This document shows, piece by piece, positions 41,964-57,397 of a DNA stretch of 64,000 nucleotides. Below the pieces are notes generated by a model. The model was not told the DNA's origin, did not search any database, and saw only the letters and a list, made by a program, of their open reading frames with translations. Source of the DNA: Eledone cirrhosa (taxonomy: Eukaryota); the NCBI GenBank assembly GCA_964016885.1, contig OZ024743.1, positions 292,826,001 through 292,890,000 of the forward strand, read 5' to 3'. The position numbers and the translations under genes were made by a program. Position 1 is the stretch's first letter. Each line of letters starts with the position of its first letter.

Positions 41964-42231
41964 TATATATATATATATAACGGCGATGAATTAGTTTTGC
42001 GAGGTTTTTTATATGAAATTGTGTCGAAACAGATATTGTTATACTTGGGGAGGGTCATATTTGTGTAATAATATTGCCAGAATTAATAACAGAACTCACT
42101 GTTTGGGTGGTTTTCGCTTCTGTGTCTTTTATATCGGTTAATTTAATTTATTCGGTCCTCAATGTTACCATTGACTGACCAACGGTCAAAAATACAGATA
42201 CAATATAGACACAAACACATATATATAGTCT

Positions 42232-42273
42232 AACAAAGATCTTTCGTTGCACATCTGCAACATCTTCAGTGTT
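42232..42273 (-). ncRNA. Minimal HHR in family-B pLTR (41979-42300)
   Basis: aaca CTGAAGA t GTTGCA gatg TGCAAC GAAAG at CTT tgtt. Confidence 0.8.
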
Positions 42274-42298
42274 GCTATTATGTTTCCTCCCGTTGCAT

Positions 42299-43825
<1,527 letters not shown>

Positions 43826-43835
43826 TATGTTATAT

Positions 43836-44052
43836 AAGATCAAAAGATGGTTAAAAGACTTCCAAGTGTTTTATTATGCGCATTTCAACAGTTTTTGATA
43901 TTTGTTTTTGAAATGCGCATAATAAAATACTTGGAACTCTTTTAACCATCTTTTGATCTTCTTTTATTTATACTCCAGTCCCACAAATTGTAGAGTGCTA
44001 CTTATCCGCTATTTGCATTGCTTTATTGTGCTACAATAAAACTCACCTCCTA
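43836..44052 (+). mobile_element. Short fold-back module with HHR 3' half and tail
   Basis: Inverted arms within 43836-43960 contain GAAAT gcgc ATA ataaa. Confidence 0.6.
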
Positions 44053-44075
44053 CATATATATTGTATATACATATA

Positions 44076-44108
<33 letters not shown>

Positions 44109-44591
44109 TTATATATATATATATATACACATATATATATATATATACTTTTTTTTTTTTCATGCGATTATTATTATATATTATAATTATTGTATGTTAT
44201 ATATTTCAGTAATTATATGTTTTTCATCATCTTTTCCTTATATCTAGTTTCTATTCATAATTCTGTTTTTCCATTTATGTTCATTCTCTGCGGTCACTTC
44301 AATTATACAAAACTTCCCCATTTTTATATTTTCCAAACCCTTAATCAATTATGATATAAATGATTGCTATTATATGGAAATTTCCTTCATTTCTTAATTT
44401 CTTAATTTTTCAGTTCTTGATATTTTTAATATAATTATATTATTAAATTTACCGTCAATACTTTAAATTCATCTTCTAATTTTCAGATCCACTCCGTACA
44501 AATAAATAGACATAGAAATAGAGACAGACAAACATAGACATAAATACTAACAGCGAATAGAGTGATGTATAGGTGGACGAATATACATATG

Positions 44592-44792
44592 TACGAAGGT
44601 CGGCTGAAATGTTCATAATCTCACCATGATACTCTTATTGAATGACCAAATAAGGTCTATTTTTCAACAGTCCTTGGAAAGAAACAATGCAGTTATTCAT
44701 AAGAAGAGTTGAATTTAATGCATGCAAGATTTCACAGCTTTAGAATCACTCCTGCATAGTCAGCCTATGAACCTTTCAGCCGACCGTCAATA
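44592..44792. mobile_element. Tc1/mariner-like MITE; inverted diverged copy at 45265-45466
   Basis: TA-cgaaggtcggctgaaatgttcata ... tatgaacctttcagccgaccgtcaa-TA terminal inverted repeats. Confidence 0.65.
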
Positions 44793-44803
44793 TATGAATA
44801 AGA

Positions 44804-44876
<73 letters not shown>

Positions 44877-45702
44877 CGTGTGTGTTCGTGTGTGTTCGTG
44901 TGTGTGTGCGTGTGATATACATGTACATTTAGATATACAGTCGCAGATACAGGCAGACATATAGAATGACTGACCAACAGATGCTTACAGATTTACATTC
45001 AGATAGATATATCCACAAACATATACAGGCACAAACAAACAATCAAACTGGCAAAATCGGTAGAACATCGAATTTAAACATTTGCGGTATTTGTTCCAGC
45101 TCTTTGCTTAGTAAAATTCCCATCGAGGTCATATTTTTAGGTCGACAAATGAAGTACCGATCCATGGCGGTGGGTTGGCGGAATTTTTATAGCCTCAGAC
45201 CTTGCGGCCTCATTTTCTATGTCTGAATTCTGAGTTCAATTCCCCCCTCATATCACCTAAGGAATACGATGGTTGGCCGAAAAGATCAGAAGCTGACTAT
45301 GAAGGAGGGATGCTAGAGCTGTGAAATGTTGTATGCATTAATTTCAGCTATTCTTATTAATAACTGCATTGTTTCCTTCGAGGGTCTATGTAGAAAAATA
45401 AACCTCATTTGGTCATTCCATGAGAGTATTTTGGTCGGCCTATGAACTTTTCCCCTGATACTCATAGTTACAGGATAAGAATGGAGTCTCTATCATTAAA
45501 GTACCTATGAAACCACTAAGATGCAACTTCATAGCATGGCGGCTGTACTTATACAGATGTGAGCAGTAACAACAACATATGTATGAACATGTGTAAGTAC
45601 CTATGTGTACACAAGTGTGTGTATGGTAATATATAATAGACGAAACACACCATTCCGGGTGGCTTTTACTTGGTTTATGCAATGCGTATATTATCTCATC
45701 TT

Positions 45703-45752
<50 letters not shown>

Positions 45753-46535
45753 CATATGTGTGTGTGTATGTGTGTGTCTGTGTATGAAAAGAGTCATATT
45801 ACCCCCTCTACTACCCTAAGCATTGAGTACTCTGGTGCGTTATGGTCCATCTGGTTTTTTTACCACACCCCCTTTGGTATATATGTATATATAGGTGTGG
45901 GGGGGGGGTATGTGTGTGTGTGTGTGTGCGTCTCTTTACACGTGTGAGTATTTCTCTGTGCGTGAGTGCGTTTCCGTGCATCTGTTAATTGAGAGCTGAA
46001 TGTCTCTGATGGTTGTTGCTCTGTTACATTCTAAAATACATTGACTCTAGTTTCATTGCTCTTTTTGTTCTAATTTGTGTTAATATTTTGCCTCGATGAA
46101 CCAATGTGTTATGATGATAATTGGCAGGTGTTCCAAAAAAAAAAGACTTAAGGAATCGTTTACCTTATAGCTATTGTAGCTAGATGTGTGTAACAGAAGG
46201 TAATTCCTGGGGAAGATCTTTCGCCGTTGATTTGGTGAAATATCTCTGTTTTATGAAGGAATTACTTAAGATGTAAAAGGAGTCGAGTAGCAAAGATATT
46301 ACTTCATCACTTGTTATCTCTATTATTTGAAAGTCATGTTTTGTGAGCTATGAAACCTCTCTTGGTGATATTGTTTATGAGAGTGTTAAACTCTTATAGT
46401 CAGGACATGTTATCTAGTGGTATGGTTGGTGGGGATTGCGATGATGTATATATGTTTATTATCTTAACGTTGTTGGTTTTCTTTGAAAGCTTACATATGT
46501 AATGTATTGCCGTTCTCTACTAGTTTATAACTGTC

Positions 46536-46591
<56 letters not shown>

Positions 46592-47099
46592 ATGAAATCT
46601 TTCTTTCTATATGTTATAAGACCACCAATGTCTCCGTTGTAAAAAGAAGTCTATTTAGTTTGTTTTGTTCATAACTTGAGATGGTATGTGTCCACATGTC
46701 TGCTAGTAAGAATGTTTCTTGAATCATTGTTACATTGTAGCTATACTAACTAGAGTATTATTTCGTTTTGAGTGATGATAACATATTTCAGTTTCATAAA
46801 GGTGTTTTTAACGAGATTAGTGTTATATTGCATAATTTGTAGATTTTTGTCTCGTTTTCAAAGTATTTGTTTTGTATGATATATGTTTATGTATAAATGT
46901 ATTCTGAGTGAAATTTTCACATTGTGAATTGAGATAATGTTCCTTCAGTTTTTAACATTTCTCTTGATAGCATTGTTGCTCTTGTGATTTATAGATGCTG
47001 TTTGCCAGTATTTATGTTTTTGTGTGTGTATTTTGAAGACTTTCACTGGGTTTTATTAATCTTTTCATCCAGTCATGCAACCTGGTTACAATATTATGT

Positions 47100-47295
47100 A
47101 AGGACGGTGGATTGGCGCTATTGGTGGAGCGTCAAACAACATGCTTTATGGCATAGAGATCTGAGTTCAAATCCTGCTGAAGTTGTCTTTGACTTTCATC
47201 CTTACGGGGTAGATAAAATAAAGTACCAGTAATGCACTGGGGTCGATTTACACGATTTCCCCTCTCCCAAATTTGTTGGGCTTGTGCCTAAATGA
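47100..47295 (+). mobile_element. tRNA-derived SINE
   Basis: gagttcaaatcctgc...ctttcatccttacggggtagataaaataaagtaccag...cttgtgccta. Confidence 0.75.
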
Positions 47296-47470
47296 GAAAC
47301 CAATGCCATTCTCCAATAGCGTGCACGTATGTTCCTTACAAAAATATTTCAGTGTGTCAAGCGTTTATCGTTCGACTGATATTCAAATCGTGACGATATC
47401 ATCTTTTTACTGGTATATTATCGTTCATCGCAACATGATATATTTACAAAATCTATCGTTCCCATTAACA

Positions 47471-47596
<126 letters not shown>

Positions 47597-47839
47597 TAAT
47601 AAAAGACGGTTATTTCTTTTTAAGCCAGTACAATGCGGTAAAAAATACGAAAGGCAAATGATGACAAGTGAAACAACAAAACAAAGTAATGTTTTACCCA
47701 GTGTATTTTAGCATGATATTTCAGTACTATTACCCGCTGAAACAGTCCAAGACCAAACAAACGAGTGAACAGACTTTTCAGAGTTTCCTTCGCTAACTGG
47801 TCTACGTGTTTGATAAATGAATGCACATGCGCAGGGTTG

Positions 47840-48362
47840 CTACACTAACCATTCGGCCTCCTGCATTTCAGACCTATTATTTATCTCTGGTTTTATTCGG
47901 CTGATGAAAATTGCTTTTTTAATCTTTAAATTTCAAATATTCCTTTCAGTCGCCTCTATGGTGACCTCAAGGTCTTTGTTGCAGCATCTGTCAAGCTGTT
48001 TTTGGAACGGAAGATGCTCTCATTGTCACATATTTCTTGATCCGTATGCATACTTCTGCGATGTTGATAGAAAAATTAAGAAGTGCGCTTATATCGTTGT
48101 ATGTGGGTTGGTGTCAATGGGGTGTCCCGAATTAGCTAGCCGTATATTCAGTCCCTCCCTACGGTGGGTTGTTTGATGGCAGCTATGTGTTTGCATTAAA
48201 ATGTGGCAGCTTCATCCAATCAGATTTTCTGAGATTTGTTTATACATGGAGCCTTCAAACTGGAAAAGGGTGATCCATATGACGACAGAGAGCATCGGTT
48301 CTAACATAAACGATCCTGTCTATAACATTTCCTGGCTTCTTTCCAGACTTCTCAAACCTTTC
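47840..48362. pseudogene. Rearranged PLE remnant: GIY-YIG C-terminus (47840-47998, -) and RT motif fragment (~48285-48362, +)
   Basis: LKIKKAIFISRIKPEINNRSE on minus; IGSNINDPVYNISWLLSRLLKP on plus. Confidence 0.55.
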
Positions 48363-48480
48363 CTTAATAAATATTTGCTCTTCGGTTCTTATATATTTGA
48401 TATATATTTATCCTTATCGAGCCCTCTTTGGATTTTAGTCTTCAAATTTATTATTATTACTATATATATATATATATATA

Positions 48481-49464
48481 TTTGACGAGCTCCAGCCCTC
48501 TCGTTAAGCGAATGAGGTCTGGGATTTTGTCGATCGTCTGTCGATATATATATATAAAGAGAGTGTAGTCTATATATATATATATATATATATATACAAA
48601 ATTAAATTAAGGTAAGGTTGTCATGTATGAGAGACATGCGCCATATTCACTGCAGAATAAGCTCAAAGAATAGTTCCGAGCATTTTATATCAACTAGAAA
48701 TAGATTGACACATATATATATATAAAATAAACACATGAAACAATCTCAGGGAATAATTTGTAAAGAATGTAAGCACACATAGCTAGGTAGGTAACGAATT
48801 AAAGTATAACTAGAACTTCAAATGTAGATACCTGTTAAAATGATTAATCTCCTTTGTATATATTTCTTTAAATAAGGAATATATTTCACCAATTAATCCG
48901 TAAATCACAGCAGTCAAATTTTGGATGGTCACCAAAGGAGAAGATCCAACCATCTGTGTTTACACAGCAAATGCAAATCTGTGAATGACTCGAACCACGT
49001 GTTGCATTTTATAAAAATACAGACATCGCATCGCGTCATCCCAGTGGCGTGAATAGGATTATCGACAGCTAGAAATAGCAGCCGAGTCCATTCATCTGAA
49101 TTAGCTCTACAATTAAGGAGCCGTATATATACAAAAAACTTGACTGCTGTGATTTACGGATTAATTGGTCAAATATATTTCTTATTTAAAGAAATATATA
49201 CAAAGGAGATTAATCATTTTAAAAGGTATCTACATTTCAAATTCTAGTTAAACGTTAATTAGTTACCTACCTAGCTATGTGTGCTTACACACTTTACAAA
49301 TTATTCCCTGAGATTGTTTCATGTGTTTATTTTATATATATATTTGTCAATCTATTTCTAGTTGATATATATATATAGGCTCCACTCTCTTTATATATAT
49401 ATCGACAGTCGATCGACAAAATCCCAGACCTCATTTACTTAACGAGTGGCTGGAGCTCGTCAAA
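48481..49464. repeat. Nested inverted repeats (48481-48565/49385-49464 and ~48690-48916/49140-49365); central family recurs at ~51205-51755
   Basis: Reverse-complement matches with moderate divergence. Confidence 0.75.
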
Positions 49465-49751
49465 TATATATATATATATATATATATATTTTATACCATA
49501 AACGTGGTTTTGTCTTTGCGTGTAATTGTTTTTCACCGCTCCAAATAATGACGTATTCTATTCGTTTTTTTCCCGTTCTTTGAAATGGAACGTTTCCACG
49601 AACCAAAGTATCGTCTTCCTGTCTTCCTTCGGTTGCAACGTGTTTTGAAATATTCGCTTCCGCGTTCACTGATTGACTTTGCTAGTTTCAAAAGATCCCG
49701 TTAAGGGTGAAAGCAGCGATTCTTTGCTTAAACTTTAATCTGTTATTTTAA

Positions 49752-49816
<65 letters not shown>

Positions 49817-49820
<4 letters not shown>

Positions 49821-50312
49821 ATACTTTGGGAGGGTCATGTTGCCAATAAGTAACACACGCACCAGTTGCTTTCACTTCAATTTAATTTAATATATATTTA
49901 TAAATTTACAAATTTATAAATTTCTGGTTGGTTGGTTGGTTCCACAACCAGATAGTTGTTTATATATATATAGTCATAGTTCTTTCGTCACACACTCTGT
50001 GACCTCTTCAGTGACTGGGGATTTCTTTCTTCGTTTCTGTGCCTTTCCTTTCTTCTATCCTACGCCATTTTGTTTGTGTGTGGGTTGCGTGCTCAGTTTG
50101 CGCATGCGCCACATCCGGGTGTCTGTGTGTGTTTGTGTTCTTTTTTCTATTTTTTTTTTTATTTTTTTTATTTTTTTATTTTTTTATTTTATTTTTTTAT
50201 TTTATTTTTTATTTTTCTTATTGGCAACATGACCCTCCCAAAGTATAACAATATCGGTTTCAACACACGATTTCAGATAAAGAATCTTGCTAAACAAATT
50301 CAGAAACGAAAT
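49817..50312. mobile_element. Compact derivative of the 2.9-kb PLE: pLTR (-) plus inverted tail (+, 50213-50312); intact HHR at 49972-50016 (-)
   Basis: agtca CTGAAGA g GTCAC agagtgt GTGAC GAAAG aa CTA tgact; both ends encode MTLPKYNNI running outward into (AT)n. Confidence 0.85.
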
Positions 50313-50736
50313 ATATATATATATATATATGAGAGACGTAAAATAAGAAAATTATAAAATTAACTTACTTACTAAAAAATCACTTCCAACTAATTAGTTT
50401 CTGGAATGGAGTAAATATATTTTCCGAAGAAACATATATAAAATAATTCCGTCATCAGGAAAGTATTTTTCCGTATAGGTCTCCAGGCATAGCGAGGACA
50501 CTGGAAACTTATTAAAAAAATAATTCAGTGGAATGGAAATAGCGAAGCGTGGACTGGATTCCAAGCCATTGAGAAAATCACTGCCTCTACGTCTGTGGCA
50601 AATTCAAAAAGAATCAATCACGTGACATCGAGGTCAATCAGTGGAAAGCGAGTGGTTATTAAGACAGCGGCCAGCTTACTACCATAGTAGCAGTCATGGC
50701 CAAATATTGCTCGACAAATGAATTGGAGATAATTAT

Positions 50737-50966
50737 AAGGAATTTATATCTAGTAACATTTATATACACAGAGATGCATATCAATGCTAGCAAATATATA
50801 GGTTTTGTCTTATTAACAATGTGGTTCAATGCATGGGGTTGCAGAACAATAATATTATTGTTCTGCAACCCCATGCATTGAACCACATTGTTAATAAGAC
50901 AAAACCTATATATTTGCTAGCATTGATATGCATCTGTGTGTATATAAATGTTACTAGATATAAATT

Positions 50967-50970
<4 letters not shown>
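50737..50970. repeat. Spacerless palindrome, 117-bp arms
   Basis: Axis at 50853/50854 (caataatattattg); one mismatch seen; right arm ends at (TA)n. Confidence 0.9.
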
Positions 50971-51037
<67 letters not shown>

Positions 51038-52416
51038 CGAAACATAAGTCAATTGCATGAACTCATAATCGTTTATTTACTACTATATATATTTCGATGA
51101 TAGCCATTGAGGCAGTTAATCAGTTCTTAGATATGCCAGCTCTGTGTTTATAGTGTTGATGGTATCGGAGCCTTGGGACATATATATATATATATATATA
51201 TATATCAACTATAAATTGATTGATATATATATATATCTAAAATAAACATATGAAACAATCACAGGGAATAATTTATAAAAGTGTGTAAGCACACACAGCT
51301 AGGTAGGTAACTTATTAAAGTTTAACTAGAACTTTAAATGTAGATACCTTTTTAAACGATTAATCTTCCTTGTATATATTTCATTAAAGAAATATATTTC
51401 ACCATTAATCGATCGGTAAATCACAGTAGTCAAATCCTAGATTTTCAACAAGGGAGAAGATTTAACCATCTGTGTTTACACAGCAAATGCAAATTTGCGA
51501 ATGACTAGCAGCACGTGTTGCATTTTTTTTAAAATACACATATCGTACCAGCTTCAACCCAGTGGCGTGAATAGGATTAACGACAGCTAGAAATAACAGC
51601 CGAGTCCTTTCAACTGAGTTCGCTCTACAATTAAGGGGCCAAAGTTTATATGTCAATCAATTTCTAGTTGATATAAAATGCTCGGATCTATTCATTGGAA
51701 TCTTTGAGCATATTCTACAGTGTATATGGCGCATGTCTATCGGGCATGACACCATATATACATATATAAAGAGAGAGTAGTGTATATGTATTTATATAAA
51801 CATTATCATTAAACATAACATCGTATAATCTTTTTTCAAACAAAATGCCGATGGAATTATCCCAAATGAGGAAAGGGGTGCACTGGAAGAGCTGATGTAC
51901 CTAATGCTATTCATTCTTCTGAAAGGCCATTTCCATCCCGATCAAAGTGGCCGGGGTTGTGGTTTGAGGGCCCAGAACGCCGAGTGTTTCTAACGTTAAG
52001 GTATCGACAAGAAACCACTTTGTAGCAGCCTGGTAACATTTAGTATTAGTTTATCTTGTATATTGAACTGCTTTGAAGAGAGTGGGGATAGCATATGAGG
52101 AAGAGAGTTGATAGCAATTCAAAACGACCGCACTAAGCAGCATGTATGGTTGCATTGGAGTAGGTTATGTGTTTCGCAATTACATATTGAAATACAATGA
52201 CAAGTTAATTTCTAATATAGACTATATTAGATATTATACGTATTAACAATTTCACTTAACCATATATTGCCATTGTATTTCATTCGCCTGAAGTAAACAC
52301 GAATCTAACTTCCACGTTGTCTGTTGATTGCTCTTTTCATTCGTTTGTACCCATACATGTAAATACGTATATGTGTGTGTGTATATATATATAAATATAT
52401 ATATACACACACACAC

Positions 52417-52504
<88 letters not shown>

Positions 52505-52524
52505 CATATATATATACATACATA

Positions 52525-52611
<87 letters not shown>

Positions 52612-53355
52612 ATATTTATATATATGTATATATATGTATATATATATATATGTGGATATGTGTATATGTAGTTTTATATATGTGTGTGTATGTGTGTGTG
52701 TCTATGTACACACTCATATATATATACATGGTGTGTGTATCTGTCAGTGGGGTGTGTGTATGTGGGTGCGTACGTACACCCACATAAGACAAGGTTTGTC
52801 TATATGTTTATATGCGGGTACATGTACTTGTGTGTAGATATATCTACTGGTCTGTATCTGTGTGTGTATGCGTGCTTATGTCTTTGGAAGTGTGTCTGTC
52901 CTTGATGCCTATCCATAAGGATGTGCGTGTATGTGCATGTGTGTGTCTATGTATGTGTCTGAGAATGTTTGTGTATATATGTGCAGATGTGCCCGAACGC
53001 CGATATGTGCCTTTGCATGCGTGTACGTCTGTGTCTGCGCGTGTGCGTGCGTGTGAGACCAGATGTAAGGGGCTGTATAGGCAGGCGCCAGTAGACATGT
53101 GGTGGTCTGTAGATAGGTGTGGGTGTGCTTGGGTATGTGTAAGAGAGGGAGAGTGTGTGTGTGTATATATGTGTATGGGTGTATGTGTGTCTACACATGT
53201 GTGCGTACATATTTGTATGCATGCATGTGTGTGTGCCCGCGTGTGTGTATTTGTGTGTGTGTGTATATGTGGGTACATATTCGGGAGTGTGAATAGACGT
53301 GTGAGATACCAAACCCAGCATGGCTCCATTGAAGTGTGTTTTCCACGGAAAATGG

Positions 53356-53591
53356 CTGATGACCAGTGTAGCAGTAAATAGTGACCAGAATTTATGATGA
53401 CGTAGAAAAACAACAGCCAATGGCATGACAAGAGTGGAACATGTTTTTTGAAGGTGTCTTTTTATGAAAACACCCCAGTGAGAACATTTGCCCCGAAAGA
53501 ATTGCATGTGTCCGAAGAACCTGCAGCCGTAGAATCAGCCAGATCCATAGAGTGATCATGTCTCGAGCTACCTGCTGGCGAAACAATTGTA
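53356..53591 (+). ncRNA. Candidate HHR with ~200-nt stem II insertion
   Basis: CTGATGA ccag t gtagc ... gctac ctg ctgg c GAAAC aatt GTA, then AATAAA and the conserved tail; stem I not obvious. Confidence 0.45.
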
Positions 53592-53727
53592 ACACGCAAT
53601 AAACTGAGTCCAGATGCATCACTGATTTGTCGTTTTTTTATACTATTCACACTCTGCTCTGTAAGAATATTGAGTGCTAATTTTGGCATACCGCTTATGG
53701 AAGCACCATAGCTACCATTAAACACAC

Positions 53728-53784
<57 letters not shown>

Positions 53785-53828
53785 TGAAAAAGAACAAAGG
53801 AACTATTATGACATTATAACAAGTTTAT

Positions 53829-53875
53829 TGCCGACAGCCGTTTCGTCCGACCCCATGGTGGGACTTATCAAGGCA
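53829..53875 (-). ncRNA. Minimal HHR, U3-A8 variant
   Basis: tgcc TTGATAA GTCC..GGAC GAAAC ggct GTC ggca ataaa. Confidence 0.8.
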
Positions 53876-55686
53876 TATAACATGTGATTGCAAGATCATT
53901 GTTTACATCAACGTATCACTCAAGGCTAGCAGTTTGAAATTGTTGTATACATCAGCAACTCCGCTTTAAGGGGGACTCTTTTATATTAGTTGTCGGGGTC
54001 AGGGATTGAAGTTTACAAAATAGACAAAAATATATAATTTACGCATCAACATTAAACCAAAAGACTTGGGGTCCCGCAGAAGCACCTCAGAAAATCCCTC
54101 AATGAGTGCATAAAGCTTACAGGCTCCAATAAACCTATTAGTCTAGAAGAAAATTAAGAGGCTAATAAAATAAGAAAATAAAAATATAAAGTTTCCCTAA
54201 AAAATATATAAAGTTCCTATGAAATTTCTTCTAGAGAAAAAAAAAATTTTTTCCGAAAGAAAAAAACCTTCTTCCCCCGAGATCACGTTTACAAAATTCA
54301 GAAAACTGAATTGAAAACTAGGTTGAAAGAAACTAATCAATTAGAGGTTAATTCAGAGAGCCTTCCATAAATCTCTCAGAAAAGGCCCCTTTAATATTTC
54401 CAATAGGGACGTCTTCCGTGAGACCCTTCGAAGAATTAAAATTTTAGAGAGCCTTTAATGATAAATATAAAAACGAATTGAGGAAAATTATAGATTAAAA
54501 GTTAAAAATTAAAAATTACGGTATTTGGGATATCCGAGGAATTTTCAAAGGGCTGCTTCAACAGATACAACCTAGGCATAATAGATACAATAATCTAAGC
54601 AACTTAAGTAATTTAATTAGGGAGCAATTCAAGGAGTTTATCAAGTTGGGCAAGATTAAAGAAAGTGGTAACTAAGAAAATACATAAGCAAAAAGACAAT
54701 AATCATAAAATGTATCCTTAAGAAGGTATAAGGTAGCTTCAGTGATCTAACCCTGTATTATCACAAAAAAAACATTCTAAAATTATTGATACAGGATTAA
54801 AAATTATTACAAAATTATTACAAAATTACCACAGAATCATTATCAAATCATCACAAAATTACCACAAAATCATTACAAAATTATCAAATTATCATAAAAT
54901 TATCGCAAAATTATTACAAAATTATCATAAAATTATTACGAAAATATAACAGGATGAAAAGTACTGGTGACCGTGTGGGCGCGATATCCATTCTGCCTAT
55001 GCAGTCCCCTGCATAGCTCCAGGCACGATATCCACTAGGCGTAAGCAGTCATCTGCATAGCTCCAGGCGCAGCTGGTCTTGTTTAAACGTTCATAGATCA
55101 CCTGGGGTTCACTATTATCTGCGTGGACTCTCTGGGAGATGTACCTGTGGATCTAATAGCCAGTGGTTGCCGGATGTGGTCCGTTCGATCCTTTAGTTTC
55201 AGGGGTTGAACGCTTTCGCGATAGACGAGCCTGCCGGTTCTAAGTCCAAAGTTTCGCCACGCATGATGTATTGGTCTACATGCTATATTGTTAAAAAACC
55301 AGTGTGGATTTGACTGGGGTGGTATATTATGAACTCCAAGTCCACACGCGACTGGTCAAAAGCGAAGGGCTGTTCTCTCTTTGTTTGCTGCTCTGCGTAT
55401 ACGCATAGAGCTTAACTAGCTACCGTCACATATTTGGTAAGTCAGACGTGATCATCGCGATTCACATACGACCTACCATACATCTTACTTATATATATAT
55501 ATATATATAAGTAATATAATATATGAGTGTGTGTTTTAGTGTGCGTTCCTCTGTGTGTTTTATTGTGTGTACATGCCTGTGTGTGTGTTCGTGTTTATTC
55601 CTTTCTATTTATTTTTAATTATTCAGCGTGTGTAATTTTTCTGATTATAATTTCCATCATATTATTCTGGTTGGTTTCCCCTATAT

Positions 55687-55792
<106 letters not shown>

Positions 55793-57202
55793 GGTTTGAA
55801 GGTTCACCACTGGATAGAGCTGGTCATTCTGTATGGTCAATCTTCTATGACGGCGTTTTATTTATTTTCTTATGTATTTTTTCATTTATTTATTTATATA
55901 TTTCTACCTTTTCACTTTATTAATGTGTTTTTATCTTCGTATTCTGCTTTTATTTATCTATGTATTCTTGGTTTTTGCCTACTGTTCCTTTTATTTAGGT
56001 TTTTACTCGCTTTACTCTCATTAAGTACTGATCATTGTACACGACACTAGAATATCTCCCCCTGAGAACCACAATACTTATAACCTGGACTATCTGGGGA
56101 CCTAGATATAGTCTATTTGCGCTTTTAATCAGGTTTTATAATTGATTACACGCGATGATCCGACTGTTGTGGTGGTTTTGCTGGCTGCGCGCCCGGCGCC
56201 CTGGTGCATAAACCTCCCTTAAGTGCTTGGAAAAACAAATTTTCCCTTCTTTCGGTAAATGAAATTATTCGGATCGGTTGGCTTCGCTCCGGGGCCCGCC
56301 GCAGCGCCGTTTTTGACCGCCATATAGTACCTTTAAATTCTAGGCCTAATAATAACTATTAGCTGTATCATGCCTCCCTCTCCTGACACTTAAACAAATC
56401 CCCCTCCTGTGTAAATTAATAGTACTCGTTTGGTATAACGATGGTTTAACGACGATGGCTGACTTCCCACTAGCACACCCGAAGCCTAGAACAGTTACAT
56501 TCCTCGAGTGCTCGGAGAAATTGATTTCCATATCTTTCGCTAGACGGTTTCACTCGGAATGGCTGACACATGAATAGGATGGGCTGGCCGGAGTCTGCAG
56601 TCGTCGCGTGCTGTTTGACTGCTAAACAAAGACTTAATCTTTACTCTATATCCCACCCTGACAACTTATCGAGGATCTCTATAATACACTTAACATTTTT
56701 TCATAAAAGACTCTCTATGTAAATTCTTTAACTAAATCTCGCAACATAAATAATTTTTTAACTGTTTAATTTTTAATTTTCAAATTTTTTTTAATTTTAT
56801 AATTTTAATCTTTAATTTAATTTTTTTAATTTCATCCTATAAATCTAAACAAAAATTTAACGTTCCAATTTTCTGTTCACACATTATACCATGCAGACGC
56901 CCACTATATATATACCTCTGTTATAATATATACCTCTGGTAAGATATAGGTTCTTTAGAATAACATTTTTCGCGGCAATTCCTAGCCTGATTGTAGCATG
57001 ACATTAACGCTGACTTTTCTTCTTTCTTTCTCTCTCTTTTTTTTTCTCTTTCGCCCCCTCACCAGATAGCCTTAAGTAGACCGAATAGCCAGCACTTGAG
57101 GGCGACCGGCTAAAGTGAAAGATGCTAGATGTCGGTCGTCCTCGGGTCTATGATTTTCAGCCCCATCGATTTTATCTGTTACATGCATTTATTATATTTC
57201 GA

Positions 57203-57260
57203 ATACCTGATGATATCACCGGATTCATACGGGCACCGGTCATTGAAATGATCATAGTAT
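57203..57260 (+). ncRNA. HHR motif
   Basis: atac CTGATGA t atcaccgg..ccggtcat t GAAAT gatc ATA gtat AATAAA; ATGATCAT palindrome; (TA)n ~60 bp downstream. Confidence 0.75.
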
Positions 57261-57318
57261 AATAAACCTTTCAAGGATTTACACAAGTCCAGCCTCCTGT
57301 TATTTTATTATAATTGTA

Positions 57319-57397
<79 letters not shown>

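Noticed and set aside
46000-47070. Possible old LINE remnant on the minus strand (RL.L.R..GG-like)
   Set aside because: Too degenerate to support beyond one short motif.
50410-50462. HHR-like CTGATGA cgga...ttcg GAAA on the minus strand
   Set aside because: No stem I and weak stem II; could be chance or a heavily decayed copy.
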